Below are positions 1-14,363 of a stretch of 64,000 nucleotides of DNA, piece by piece. This DNA comes from the human T2T-CHM13v2.0 reference genome, Homo sapiens. Positions within the stretch are counted from its first letter, which is position 1, and each line of letters begins with the position of its first letter. Where the stretch lies: assembly GCF_009914755.1 (NCBI RefSeq), contig NC_060931.1, one strand, 5' to 3'. A model generated the notes under the pieces. It made no database searches and was not told the DNA's origin. It saw only the letters and a program-made list of their open reading frames with translations. The translations under genes were made by a program, and so were the position numbers.

Positions 1-49
1 TAACCTGAGGCTCGGAGGCAGCACAGCGAGAATCACTCAAGGACAGAGA

Positions 50-890
50 GGATAATTACAGATTATAAAGGGCACCATTCACATCAGAGATATGTAATTG
101 CTATAAACGTTTAAGTATTAAGTTATGCTGTCTTTAAATAGATAAATTAATGTTGGCGATTTAAGGGACGTACAGAAACTGAATGTGGTAGGAGACTCAA
201 TATTTAGTACTTCTGCCTGGCTTAACAGATCATTCAAGCAAATTTTAAACAAAGGTATAGAGGGAATGAACAAAGAAATTAGAATGATTTCATATAAAAA
301 TGACTACCTTAGAGAAAATATAACTTTTTTTCCCCACACAATGTCTCTGTCACTCAGGCTGGAGTGCAGTGGTGTGATCACAGTTCCCTGTAGCTTTCAT
401 CTCCTGGGCTCATGTAATCCTCCGACCTGAGTTGCTGAAGTAGCTGGGACTACAGGCACATGCCATGTATCAGATCATTTTTTTTTTTTTTTTTTGTAGA
501 GACAAGGTCTCGCTGTGTTTCTCGGGCTGGTCTCAAATTCCTGGGCTCAAGCAATCCACCTACCTCGGCCTCCTAAAGTGGTGGGATTACAGCTGGAGCC
601 ACTGCATCCGGGCTGCAACTGTTTTTAATGTCCATTGAAAATTGGCTAAAATGCACCATGTATTATGCTATAAATTACATCTCAAGTTGGCAAAAGCAGA
701 ATGTATATGGGTTGTATTCTATAGTCACAACATACAGACACAAGAAGAGAAAAGAAGAAAAGGTAGGAAAGAAGGGAGGAGAAATAAATTAAGCTGTTCA
801 CACTCAAAAATTTTAACCTTTGAAATTAAAATACAGACTTCTTTACAACCCTGAAATTAAAATAAAACATAAATGAATCAAAATTTCAAT
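50..890 (+). mobile_element. Ancient L1M-type LINE fragment (ORF2 endonuclease region), interrupted by AluJ
   Basis: A-rich degenerate L1 ORF2-like sequence (e.g. aaattttaaacaaaggtatagag, catgtattatgctataaa); no intact ORF. Confidence 0.5.
325..613 (-). mobile_element. AluJ SINE
   Basis: Reverse Alu dimer with T-tract; J-type ctcctgggctcaagcaatcc; highly diverged. Confidence 0.9.
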
Positions 891-906
891 TAAAGTTGCC
901 ATTACA

Positions 907-1212
<306 letters not shown>

Positions 1213-1264
1213 TAAAGTTGCCATTACAGACTCTACCTGTGTTATAAGGACATTGAAAACGCTG

Positions 1265-1740
1265 CTGTGGTGGATTGAGTGGCTGCGACACTGCCCCGTC
1301 CACGGTGGACTCTGCTTTCCCTCCCCGTGCGTTAGGGCTAGCTCTGTGCGCTCGTCTCCTGTTTCTCTGCAATGTGCCAGCACCACTGCCCCATCCACGG
1401 TGGACTCCGCTTTCCCTCCCCGTGGGTTGGGGCTGGCTCTGTGCTGCTCTGACGGACAGATGTGGTGGAAGTGCCGCTGTGTGGCTTCTGGGTCTGGGCC
1501 TTAAGAGGTCTGCAACTTCGGCTTTTGCAACTTGGAAAGCTCACTGGCGGGATTCTCTCGTCAGGAAGCCTCCTGAGCTAGAACGTGGAGCATCGACCTC
1601 AACAGAGCACCACGCGTGGGTGAAGTCATCTGGGAGCTTTGAGCTGTCATCAACTTCAACCTGCGGCGAGACCTCAGCCAACACCACATGGAGCGGAGGA
1701 ACGGCGAGCAAGTGCAGCCTGAAATCCTGAGCATGAAACA
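1265..1740 (+). mobile_element. MLT1 (F/G-like) MaLR LTR with an internal ~65-bp duplication
   Basis: gatgtggtggaagtg...gggccttaagagg motif typical of MLT1F-H; the cactgcccc...gctctgtgc segment occurs twice (~1289 and ~1384). Confidence 0.65.
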
Positions 1741-1769
1741 GGATGCGTGTGTACACCGGTTGCAGAGCG

Positions 1770-2400
1770 GCACCTGAAGCTGTGCTGACCTGCCCTAGCA
1801 TAGATGCCCGTGAGGCACAGCTGCAACCGGGGCTGAGTTTGCAGTCATCTGCCATCCACCAGCATCCATCTGGTTTTGCAGGGGCCAAACTGATGACTTG
1901 AATGGAACATGATGGGGGCTATTCCCTGCATTCTTGAAGTCTTGAAGGATGTTGTTGGCCTCTGCCATCCCCGCCCCGGGGTCCACGGGGTCATGCTGTT
2001 GTTTTTGACTCTCTCTCTTGGCAGGAGTGAGAGCAATTTCATAAGCTTCTACTAGGCTTTTACGCACCGACGAAATCACCAATGTGTGGGGTTTTCTGAC
2101 TACCACATTCATGTATCCAATTACATATTCAAGGACCAGAGAGTTGATCTCTAAGTAGGGCTGTGGGTCCAGTGGATCCAATGTGAGCTGAAACCAGGCC
2201 TGACTCCATTGACTCTCCGGTCCCCAAATGTTCCCCTCCCACACTGGGCCGTGATAGCACTTTGAGAACCTGGTATCCAGGTCGGATCAGACCCTGCGTC
2301 TAACGTTCTCCAAATGTTTGTGCACTCGCCTTTTCCCAGCCTCTGGTTACCAGAGTGAATGGCTCCAGGTTCCTTTGAGGAAATTCCTGAAGAATTCTCA
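1770..2400 (-). mobile_element. ERVL-class endogenous retrovirus protease/RT remnant (frameshifted)
   Basis: Translations align by eye to HERV-L pol: LDAGSD (protease DTG), LTLDPLDP..LEYVIG, SQKQQ, GMAEANNILQDFKNAG, PFKSSVWPLQ, KPDGCWWM..CKL. Confidence 0.85.
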
Positions 2401-2409
2401 CCATGTCTG

Positions 2410-2755
2410 CCATGTACTGCTTTACGATGGTGACACATCCTGAGAAATGCGTCGTTAGGTGATGCCACCATTGTGTGAACACCATAGAGTGTAATAACAC
2501 ACCTGGATGCTGTAGCCTACTACGCGTGTAGGCTGGATGGTATGGCCTGTTGCTCCTGGGCCACAAACCTGCACAGCCTGTATCTGCACTGCATGCTGTA
2601 GGCTATTGTAACTCAAAATGGTAAGTGTAAGTGTATCTAAACATATCCAAACAGAGAAAAGTTATACTAAAAATACGTATGATAATCTCAAGAGCCCACC
2701 ATGGCACATGCCGCCTGCCATTGCCCAGCACACCCCTGTGTGGCACATGATGTCC
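2410..2755 (-). mobile_element. Tigger3a/MER7-type TcMar DNA transposon
   Basis: gagaaatgcgtcgttagg...tagcctactac...tgtatctaaacatatc matches the Tigger3 (Golem) consensus. Confidence 0.85.
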
Positions 2756-2759
2756 CTGT

Positions 2760-3140
2760 GGCACCACAGTGCTTCCCACCCTCCCTTCTGAAGACCCTGC
2801 CTCTGTGTTCATGGGTGGGTCCCCGGTCTGGGAAACTGGGCAGTAATATAACGTTGTATTGGGATGCCTGCCCCGTTCCTCCTGATCTATTTTGTCATTG
2901 ATTTCTTTTGATAGGTGAAAGCATACCCATGCTGGCCGCCCATCTGTTGTGCCTCAGGAACACCATGTTTTACTGACCGTCTCCATAGTTTGGGGAGGGC
3001 GCTCTGGGCCGGTGACCCTTGATGATGCCCCATCCCATGATAGCACCCACCCTGCTGATGGGGAAATGCCACCCACACCAGCCTCTCCCCACTCTCAGTT
3101 CTGCCATGGCATCTCCCACTGTCATCCCTGCCTACAAGGA
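2760..3140 (-). mobile_element. ERVL gag remnant
   Basis: LWRRSVKHGVPEAQ resembles HERV-L gag LWHWLINHGVPRSE; colinear with the adjacent pol remnant. Confidence 0.55.
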
Positions 3141-3147
3141 CAGTCAC

Positions 3148-3633
3148 TTGCAATGGTTAACTTTATGTAACTTGGCTAGGCCATGGGGTGCCCAGACGCT
3201 GGGTCAAACATTGTCCTGGTTGTGTCTGAGGCTGTTTGGGATGAAGTTAACATTTGAGTGGGGAACTGGGGAAAGCAGATGCCTTCCTGAATGTGGTGGG
3301 CCATATCTGATCCCTTGAAGGTGTGAATAGAACGAAAGGCCAACCCTTCCACAAGTGAGTGGGCGCTCCTCCCACCTGACTGCTTGAGCTGGGACATGGG
3401 TTGTTCTCCAGCCTTCAGACCCAAAGTGAAAAATGAGCTCTTCCAGGCACTGGAGCCTCCAGCTTTCAAACTGGAGCCACGCCATCGGCTCTCTTGGGTC
3501 TCCAGCTTGCTGACTGTGATCTCAGAACTTGTCAGCCTCCATATTTTTGTGAGGCAATTCCTTATAATAATTTCTTTCTTCTCTTTATATATGTGTTCTG
3601 TTGGTTCTGCTTCTCTAGGAAACCCTGACTAAC
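3148..3633 (+). mobile_element. MLT2 (C/D-like) solo LTR
   Basis: Start atggttaactttatgt..cttggctaggccatgg; end ttggttctgcttctctaggaaaccctgactaa. Confidence 0.9.
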
Positions 3634-3756
3634 CGTGGCTGATGATCACCCTTGACCCTCTTGGACAGAGTCCCTTCCCCAGCATAGTTGTCAGTATTCT
3701 GGCGAATGGAATGTTTGCCCTCCATGTCCTTGTGCAAGACAGAGTTGGCCAGTTGA

Positions 3757-4178
<422 letters not shown>

Positions 4179-4255
4179 CCTCTTACATCTTTTATGTATG
4201 CAAGAGTGTTATGTGTTAAAAAACCAACATGTGTAACTTAATTAAAAATACTTGA

Positions 4256-4572
<317 letters not shown>

Positions 4573-5894
4573 CTTTTGCTAAAAAACGCTAATGCCTTCA
4601 GCAAATTGTGATCTTGTTACTGGTGGAGGGTCTTGCCTCGATGTTGATGGCTGCTGACTGATCAGGGTGGTGGTTGCTGAAGGCTGGGATGGCTGTGGCA
4701 ACTTTGTAAAATGAGACAACAATGAGGTTTGCTGTATCGATCGACTCTTCTTTCACAAAGGTTTGTCTGTAGCATGCAATTCGATTTGATAGCATTTTAC
4801 CCACCACAGAACTTTCAAAATTAGACTTAATCCTCTCACACCTCCCCTTCTTTATCAACTAAAATTATGTAATATTCTAAACCCTTTGTTGTCATTTCAG
4901 CAACCTTCACTGCCTCTTCACCAGGAGTAGAGCCAGTCTCAAGAAACTCCTGTCTTCGCTCATCCATAAAAATCAACTCATTCTTTCCAGTTTGATCATG
5001 AGATTGTGGCAACTCAGTCCCATCTTCAGGCTCCACTTCTAGTTCTAGTTCTCTTGCTATTTCTACCACATTTGCAGTGACTTCTTCCACTGGAGTTTTG
5101 AACTCCTCAAAGTCATTCATGAGAGCTGGAATCCACTTCTTCCAAACTCCTGCGAATGTTAGTATTTTGGCCTCCACTCATGAATCACAAATGTTCTTAG
5201 TGGCATCCAGAATGACGAACCCTTTCCAGAAGGTTTTCAATTTACTTTTCCCAGATCCATCAGAGGAATCACTATCTATGGCAGATGACCTCACAAAATG
5301 TATTTCTTAAGTAATAAGACTTGAAAGTCGGAATTATTCCTTGACCCATGGGCTGCAGAATGAATGTTGTGTTAGCAGGCATAAAAATATTAATCTCATA
5401 CATCTCCAGCAGAGATATTGGGTGACCAGGTGGATTGTCAATGGGAGGTAATATTTGGAAAGGAATCTTTTTTCTGAATACCAAGTCTCAACAATGGGAT
5501 TAAAATATTCAGTAAATCACGCTGTAAACATATGTGCTGTCATCCAGCTTTGTTGTTCCAGTTACAGAGCACAGGTAGTGTAGGTCTATCATAATCCATA
5601 AGGGCCTTCGGGTTTTGGGAACGTTAAATGAGCATTGGCTTTAACTTGATGTCACCAGCTGCATTAGCCCCTCACAAGAGAGTCAGCCTGTCCTTTGAAG
5701 CTTTGAAGCCAGGCACTGACTTCTCCTTTCTAGCTAGGAACGTTCTAGATGGCATCTTCTTCCAATAGAAGGCTGTCTCATCTACATTGAGAAATCTATT
5801 ATTTAGAGAAGCCTCCTTCATCAGTGATCTTAGCTAGAGTACCTGGATAACTTGCTGCAGCTTCTCCATCAGCACTTGCTACTTCACCTTGTAC

Positions 5895-5946
5895 TGTTAT
5901 GTTATGTTATATATGTTATGTTATGTTATATATGTTATGTTATGTT
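5895..5946. repeat. (TTATG)n-like microsatellite inside Tigger1
   Basis: gttatgttatgttatatatgttatg... seen directly. Confidence 0.9.
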
Positions 5947-6769
5947 AAACCTCATGAACCAACCTCTGCTTACTTTAAACTTTTCTTCTGCAGCTTCCTC
6001 ACCAATCTTAGCCTCCAAGGAATTGAAGAGAGTTAGGGCCTTGCTCTAATTCAAAGCCTGATGGCATAAGGGAATGTTGTGGCTAGTTTGATATTCTATC
6101 GGGACCATTTAATCTTTCTCCATATCAACAATAAGGTTGTTTCTCTTTCTTATTATCCATGTGTTCACTGGAGTAGCACTTTTAATTTTTTCCAAGAACT
6201 TTTTCTTTGCATTCACAACTTGACTAATTATTTGGCACAAGAGGCAGAGCTTTCAGCCTATCTGGAAGCACAATCATTTCTAGCTTTTGATTGAAAGTGA
6301 GAGACTTGTGACTCTTCCTTTCACTCACAGGCTATTGTAGAGTTATTAATTGGCCTAGTTTAAATTTTGCTGCATCCCAGGAAATAGGAAGCCCTGAAAA
6401 GAGGGGGAGAGACAGGGGAACGGCCAGTCAGTAAAGCAGTCAGAACACACAACATTCATGAACAAAGTTCACCATCTTCTATGCGTATGGTTTGTGGTGC
6501 TCCCAAACAATCACAGCAGTCACATCAAAGAGCACTGATGGATCATCATAACAGAGACAATAATAATGAAAAAGTTAAAATATTGTGAAAATTACCAAAA
6601 TGTGAAACAGAGACGTGAAGTGGGCACATGCTGTTGGTAACATTCCACCGATGGACTTGCTCAACTCAGGTTGCCGCAAACCTTTCATCTGAAAAAAAAA
6701 AATGCAGTATCTGCAAAGCACAATAAAGCAAAGTGCAATGAAAGCAGATGTGCCTGTGAATACACGCTA

Positions 6770-7625
6770 GTGTGTACACTTCCCTGAGCTTCTGTGTACA
6801 CCTGTTACTGATTCTTTTTGTATGAACCATCACCCTTATAAAGTTACCAAGAGCTTAATATCATCCCCTTGGGTTATTGCCAGGGCCATCCCGTGTCCCA
6901 TTAATGTCCCCATATCAGTAAGCCCTCTCTTACTCACTTTATAGTTAGTTTCCTTTGAACTAGCACCCCTGAATCTAATCCCATAATACTCTCCTTGCTA
7001 CATCCTGCAGTTCCTTTGGGATATACTCCTTGATGTCCAGCAGAGGAGACTGGAGTAAATCCTGAGGGATGAGAAAGGAAGGGAGTCGTGTCTTGCAAAG
7101 CAAAGTTTTCTTCCTTGTCTTGAAGCTCCCTGTCTTGTCAGGGAGCATTGGACCACATCTGCAGGCCCAGAAGGCTCAGGAGGACTTGAAATTACAGTGC
7201 ATGGACCAGCGCCTTCCTTCTAAGTCTTATGGGCTCTCTCCTTTCCAATCAGGGCATGCCACTAGCCTATGACACTGGTCCTAGCAGAGTATCTGAACTT
7301 CTCAGAGCTCGGCTGCACTTATTTTTAACTCCTCAGCTTTTATCACGGCTTTTTCTCTCTTCCAAATGTAGGAGATGAAGTGTTCATTATACATGCTCAG
7401 GAGTCCCTTGAATCCCATGCTTCCCCTGAAGGCGGTGATTCATCACCCCATCCCTGCTTTGTCTTTCTCCAAAGCAACAGCCGTCTGCTACCACAGTCAT
7501 AATTCACACTTACCCCTTCCTCCGTGAAGCCCGAAAGAGGCCACACCCCCAGTGCACTGCCCTTTACTGGAATCTCATCCCAGTTCATTACCAGTGAAAG
7601 TTTTAATAATTTCACCCCAAAACCA
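6770..7625 (-). mobile_element. ERVL gag 5' remnant (continuation of the provirus split by Tigger1)
   Basis: Minus strand near 6900-6960 reads NYKVSKRGLTDMGTL, resembling HERV-L gag NIKLDQAEFIDMGPL; boundaries uncertain. Confidence 0.45.
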
Positions 7626-7779
7626 TGCCGGGGATATCACTGCCACCAGTGGTGAAGTCTCTATTCAGCTTCAAAATTAAATAATTAAATTTCAAAATAA
7701 AATTGGAAATTGCTGAGTAAGAAAAGAGATACAATAACATTGGTTAAAAAAACATGAGTTGGTTCTTTAAAGAAAAAAA

Positions 7780-7985
7780 TAAGGGACACTTGTGGGGAGA
7801 GAAGGAAAAAAGAAAGAAAATCGTAATGAAATAAAGAGTTTAAGAACAGAAAAGATAAGGAAGAAAGAATAGAAGGAAGAAGGAAGGAAGGAAGGAAAGA
7901 AAGATTAGAATGGAATAATGAAAGAAAGAAAGAAGAACAGAAAGAATGGAGAAAGAAAGGGGGAGGAAGATTAAAAAAAAAAACC
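7780..7985. repeat. GA-rich low-complexity tract
   Basis: Purine-only runs (gaaggaag, aaagaaag). Confidence 0.85.
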
Positions 7986-7996
7986 TTGGTAAATCC

Positions 7997-8293
<297 letters not shown>

Positions 8294-8319
8294 GTAAATC
8301 CAAACAAGAATAAAAGAGC

Positions 8320-8500
8320 ATTGCATTAACCACCTGTGTGTTCTTCAGCAAGTAATTTCACCTTTTAATTTTTTACCTATAAAATGAAGAGGAAAATAGT
8401 GCTTACAAATGATGTTGTTATGAAGATTAAATAATATTCAATATTACTTTGCACATTCAACATTGCTTAGCACATTTTGGGGTACATAATAAAAATACTT
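8320..8500 (+). mobile_element. MIR SINE
   Basis: Core-like acctataaaatgaag...gttgttatgaagattaaataa. Confidence 0.6.
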
Positions 8501-8559
8501 AAGAAACGAACTGTAAAAAGAAAGCATACATACTAAGTCTTACAGACAAGTTTACTTTT

Positions 8560-8995
8560 CAATGTAAATGAAAAAAATCTTGAGTAAAATACGAGTAAAC
8601 ATTAATTTAGCATTAAAATGAAAGAGTACACATAAAGCCCAAGTTATATTTAATTCTTATAATATTGTTTTTATTTTAGGTTATGTGTTAATACAGTTCA
8701 ATCTATGACAAAATATAAATCATAAACTCAGTAAATATTGAAAACACATTGGTTTAAAAAATCCATTCCTGATTAAAATGAAAAGAAAAGCCTCTGAATA
8801 AACTAGAAATCTCATGTATGGAATAGGTCTCTCTCAAGCTATATCTAATACCACCCTTTAAGGTGAGGTAGGCCCATCACTCTCCAAGGGGATACACAGA
8901 TAGTTGCTGTAGCAAATGTCATTAACAATTATTCTTAATGTCCAAGACAAAGCAATGAAATAAGAAAACAAATTAGAGTTATGAACACTGGAAAG
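8560..8995 (+). mobile_element. Ancient L1M ORF2 fragment
   Basis: atccattcctgattaaaa; aagcaatgaaataagaaaacaaattagag..actggaaag. Confidence 0.5.
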
Positions 8996-9426
8996 TAGTA
9001 TGGGCTGGAATACATCACCCCCAGATTCACATGTTGAAATCCTCAACCCATACCTCAGAATGCAACTTTATGGGGAAATAGTGTCTTTGTGAATGATCCA
9101 TTAAAAATGAGATTTTGAAAGTGGCCTTGATCCAGTATGATGGGTGTTCTTATACAAAGGGGAAATTTGGACACAGAGACACACAGGGAGAGCACCACCT
9201 GAAGATAAAGGCAGAGACAGGGGCGATGCTTCTGCGAGCCAAGAGATGCCCACGACCCGGCCACCAGCAGACGCTGGAGAGAGGCCTGGAGCAGACCCTC
9301 CCTCCCCGTCCACAGAGGGAACCAACCCTGCCAACACCTTCACCCCGGGCTTGCCGCCTCTGAAACACCGTGTTAGAGCCATCCAGCTTATGGGACTCAT
9401 TATGGCAGTCCTAAAAAAGTAACACA
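8996..9426 (+). mobile_element. MLT1B-like MaLR LTR
   Basis: tatgggctggaa..atgttgaaatcct..cctcagaatg; ggggaaatttggacacagagac; aaccaaccctgccaacacct. Confidence 0.88.
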
Positions 9427-10185
9427 GAAAGCAGGAGATGCAATTATTCTTTCTCATAACTGAAACAAATATTTTTCAAAAACTCAGAATTATATCAGCT
9501 AAAAATATAAAATAAACACAAAAATGAGAGCTTACCTGTAGAATAAAAACAACTAGTTTGAAAATAGAATAGGAAAAAGATCCAATTCCCAGTAGTAAAA
9601 ATAGAAAATAAAGGCGAAACACATCTGGTGGTTCTTCGCTGGGGTGTGTGGCGGATGCACGATACGTGGTGTTTCGCGACGATATTGACAGCAACAAAGA
9701 CCGTCTTAAAATATAATCCTGGGTGAAAAGAGTAAGAAGCTGAATAAGATCTCTGGCAAAACAGAACACGCACACACACGCACATGCCCACAGCATTCAT
9801 GTGCACACACAGGCACACACACGATGCTCTTTTTAAGAAGCACATGTAAACCAAAAGGCACACTTAGGATGGTTGTCTATTCCAGAGGATGGTGAAAGGG
9901 AATAAAGGCATTGAGTAGAGGAATAAATGAGACAGGAAGTGGGCCCCGCGGGAGCCAGTGATGAGACTGTGACACAAACTGAAGGACCTGATGAATTCAA
10001 CTCGTGGCTCTTGAGGTTAATACACCACCATACTTAATTTTAAATGTATGCAGTTCAGCCAGACCCCAGTCATATATATGTTTTTGATGTTGTTAAACCT
10101 TGAGAAAAGGCTTCATCTGGAATAATCATTTTATGAAAATAAGATAGGTCCAACGCTGAGGGCCATGATGGTGGCCATGACCAGC

Positions 10186-10605
10186 ATGGCAGGTAGAGTC
10201 ATGCCACCTCTGCATCAGCACCACAAGACAGCCAAGCCCCAAACCTGTGATGAGTGATCTTCCACAGCAAAGGGGACTGTGCAGGTGTGGCTAAGGGTCC
10301 TGAAATGGAGATGACACTGGATTATCTGGATAGGTCCAGTGTAATCACAGGTGCTTTGTAAGAGGGAGGCGAAAGTGTCAGAGACGTGGTGACGAAAATG
10401 TGGGTGGAGAGAAACAGAGAGAAAGAGAGAGAGAGAGAGAGAGAGTAAGAGGAGAGCACGTGATCTGAAGATGCTCCACAGCTAGCTTTGAAGACAGAGG
10501 AAGAGGCCGTGAGCCGTGGAACTCAGGCCGCCTCTGGACGCTGGCCAGAGCCGAGGGCCTCCAGAAGGAACGCAGCTCGGCCTTAACCCAGCAAGTCCAT
10601 GTCTA
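10186..10605 (+). mobile_element. MLT1D-like MaLR LTR
   Basis: gcaaaggggact..gcaggtgt; ctggattatctgg; gctttgaagacagagg; cctccagaaggaacgcagc. Confidence 0.82.
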
Positions 10606-10619
10606 AGATTTATCTGTAA

Positions 10620-11080
10620 GAGATTACCAAAAAATGTATTTAAAAATGTATGTTCAAAGTTGTCTATTCATTGTTTATAATATAGCCAAAACTGGAAACA
10701 AAAGTCCAAAAATAATAAAGTTAGTGATTTAGTACTTATTTAGACTGGAATAATAGGTAGTATCCAAATATGATGATATATGTCTATATTCATTGGTATT
10801 GGCCAAAAGATCCATGATACATACTTTAGTGAATAAAAAGTTACATAATAAAGTACATACAGTAAAATGCCTTTGTATAATATTCTAATTCACACAAAAT
10901 GTCTGGGAAAATTTTCACAAACATGTTAACTGTGGTTTTCTGTGGTGCTGTAATGTAATTTTGGGTGATGTTAACTCTCCTCCTCCTATTTTGTATGTAT
11001 TGTTTGTATTCTCTTTTTTCTTTATTTGCAGTGAACATGGATACTTTTTATGGTTCATGAAGACAAAAAAGATATATTTT
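10620..11080 (+). mobile_element. L1ME-type 3' end
   Basis: ttgtttataatatagccaaaactggaaaca; tgttaactgtggttttct; cagtgaacatg. Confidence 0.6.
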
Positions 11081-14000
11081 ATTTTGAAGAAAGAAAACAG
11101 CATACAAAACTGGTTAAGCAGATGAAATATATGTGACAAAAGAGGAACAGCCTTTATAGATCAAGGACATTATGAGTCACTAAAAATAGACAAAAGACAT
11201 AAACAGACAATTTACTCACACAAAAAAATGCATAGTCAATAAAGGCCTGAAAACATCACACACCCCATGAGCAATCCGATAAAACAATAAGACAATGAGT
11301 TTGCATTTTCTTCTACCATACTGGGAAGAGAAAAAATATTTTATCTTCATTAGTTTACAACTCTTGACTATTTCTGAAAGTCAAATCCATTATCAGAAGA
11401 AAATTAAACGTCACGACAGCTGCCTTTTAATCTTGAACCTACTCAGATTAGCATTATTAATATGATTGCAACTATTAGTCGTTAGCATTGGTTCCACACC
11501 ACTGCAGCAGCTCTGCAGAGCCAGTCCCTGGGTGAGCAGCCCCGGAAACCAGCGTGTCTGTGGCAAAGAAGGGTTCGGCATTCTGCCATCAAAAAGACCA
11601 GGAGCTGGTTGGCCACTTGGATAGAATCCCACTGAGAGCCTTCTCAAGGCTCTTTTAATTTGATTAATGTCTCTAATTTATAAAGCTGGAAAGTTTTTTT
11701 GTGCGTTTTTTCAGCACAGTTGCATTATCTCATGCAGTCTTTATAGATTTGAGCCACCAATATGCATTAAAATAGCCACAATTAAAGCAAACAAAATGTC
11801 TTTGTTGGTAGGGTCTCTGCTCTTTAGCCTTTAAAACTGCTATCTATATGCTTTATCTTTAGTGGCGGGACGGAACGTTCTGTTCATTCTAACACATCTA
11901 TTCATCACAGTGGAGATGAAACTCAACTTCAAAAAGTGACCTTGCAGTTGGGAGCTGGATCCTCAGCCAGCAGGAAATGGAGACTATTATTGGAATGCTG
12001 CAGAGGCCTGACGAGGGAGTCCCCAAAACAGATTTGCAGAGACAGTGTGATTTCAGGGACACCCGTGATGTTCACCCTCCCGTGCTGAATGAGTTCCTCT
12101 TCTTTTTTGCTGTCTGATGCCTGAATTTCTCCAACCAAGCCTTTTTTTGACTGAAGGCCTAACATACAAATGCTCCAAATAAGGAACGCAATGCTGTGTG
12201 CTCAGAACAAGGTAGATATGACTGCTATCAGGCATTTTCTAGAACTGAAGGACATGGGGCAGCTGATGCAAGTCATTACTGCTGGAAGAAAGGGTTTAAA
12301 AAAAAAAAAAGCAACCAGAAAGGATGGAACAGCAACACTTGGGGCTTGTCCTGGTCACTTGGCAGCCAATGTTGCAAAGCCAGTGGGCGCTATGGATGGA
12401 TAGATGGATATGTAACCAGCCACGGTCGGCATGGGCCCCTGATCCGCTTCAGCACACTCAGATGATGACGTCTATCTTCATCTTTGAAAATAAAAGCTAT
12501 CTTCTTGTGTATAGAGAAGAATTTCCATGATAAGAGACCAATAAACCCAAGCAACTAATTAGCCAAGTTTCTCTATTTTTCTTGTACCCTACTTGAAATA
12601 AAAGGGAAATGGCAAATATTGAAAGACAAGCAAAATATTCTATACCAGATGACTACACAACATCTAAACCTTCTTTTTCCAAAATCTAGTCCTGGTCAAC
12701 TAATATTTGTAGTCCTAATGTGGCCCTTGTGATTTGGCAATGTTCTTAAAGTTGTAGTCCTCTTCACTGGATTCTTTTATTAAGGGAAAGAGACACAAAC
12801 ATTTTAGAAAATGTTCAAGAAGGTCTCTATCTCAAACACTGGTCCTTCAAATTCCTTGTGGCTATGGTGCAAGGGCTCAAAATACATGTAACCTCTAAAG
12901 CAAATTAATGTGTATTTTTATGTAAGGTTTGCCCTGGGATGTTAGGAAAATATAATCCAATACACCCTAAGCTTTGGAACACTATTAAGCCCAGTAGTTG
13001 TTTTGAGATTTCAAGGAGATTTGGATGTGACATTGAAAAATAGGAGGAAACAAATGTGTCCCTATTTAAATTTTTAAAAAAGGATAACAGTCCCGTAATT
13101 TTAAAAATTACTATGAAACTCAAGTACTACTAAAACAATAAACATATAATCATCTTCCAAGCTCTTAGGATGGAATAAGATGCTAAGCAGAAACTGATAA
13201 GGTTGAAGAAGGTCAGATTGGAGATGGGAGACCCAACAGACTTAGATGTTATTCAAGGTAGGAGGGACTTCATGGGCTAGTCAAGGTGTGACTTGGAGTC
13301 CAGTCCATGTGAAATCAAGGGGCCACTCTAGACAGCCACTACTTGAGATCCTGCAATTCCATTTCTAGGCAGCTCCAGCTGCTGGAGTATCCTCACACCC
13401 AGCCAGAACCTGTTTCGAATTTCCGCCTGCTCATCCTTGCTCTGGTCTGGGGAGTTGCTGAGACCACGTCCCTTCCTGCCATTGGAGTGCGGCCCTCTGA
13501 GTCTCCCCTCCTCCTGTTTCCCTCCAGGTTGAAACCTCATTTCTCATTTCACTCTTCACACTTGCCAGGTGCCTGACGTCAATGAACAGCAACCTTTGCC
13601 ACTCAAGCCTGGTGCCTGGACCTGAAATTCATTAGTGCAGACCCACTTGTTCAGCTCAGCGAGGAGGGCTGTTAGTGCCCCTTTCTGGGCCCAAACAAAT
13701 TCTATTACAGCTGCCTCTGGCCGTGCTTCTCCTAGCATCCAGTTCTCACTAACACATCTCTATGAAGATGCAGTAAACTTAAAGAAGGATCGCGTTTCTC
13801 CAATAAAGCATCAGGCTCTGAAAGAAGTGGTGCTTTCATCTATTTTATCTTTGATGAGTAAAAGGCTTCTGGTGCACACAACGATTTTCACTAAATGGAC
13901 GAGACACCTTGTGGATTGCAAAACTATTGTGTGAAGAAAGGCAAGGAGTTGTTATGCCAGAGACACGTGTAACCTGGACTCAGGTGGTTTACATTTTGTA

Positions 14001-14180
14001 TTTTATGTGAGCATACATTTATAGATATAGCCCCTTTCCTCTAAAAGGCATCCTGAAATCTTGACCAAGAGTCGTTGCAGAACAAGTGAAAATACACACT
14101 GCCACCTGTGGACAGTGATCCCTGTAAGGGGCAGGGGTGGGATGTATAGGGAGGAAAAGATCAAGGTGGGAGGCGGGGAG

Positions 14181-14363
14181 GGAGATACAGAGATGGCGAG
14201 GCGCTTCTTCACGTGTCCCACCTGCTCTGATCTGCTCCCCGGGAGATACAGAGATGGCGAGGCGCTTCTTCACGTGTCCCACCTGCTCTGATCTGCTCCC
14301 CGGGAGATGCAGAGATGGCGAGGCGCTTCTTCACGTGTCCCACTTGCACTGTTCTGCTCCCCG
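14181..14363. repeat. Minisatellite, 61-bp unit x3
   Basis: Unit ggagatacagagatggcgaggcgcttcttcacgtgtcccacctgctctgatctgctccccg at 14181, 14242, 14303. Confidence 0.97.

Noticed and set aside
11940-12160. Possible minus-strand exon (tttgtatgttag acceptor, open frame)
   Set aside because: The donor (AAG|GTCACT) is weak, there is no protein similarity, and I found no partner exons.
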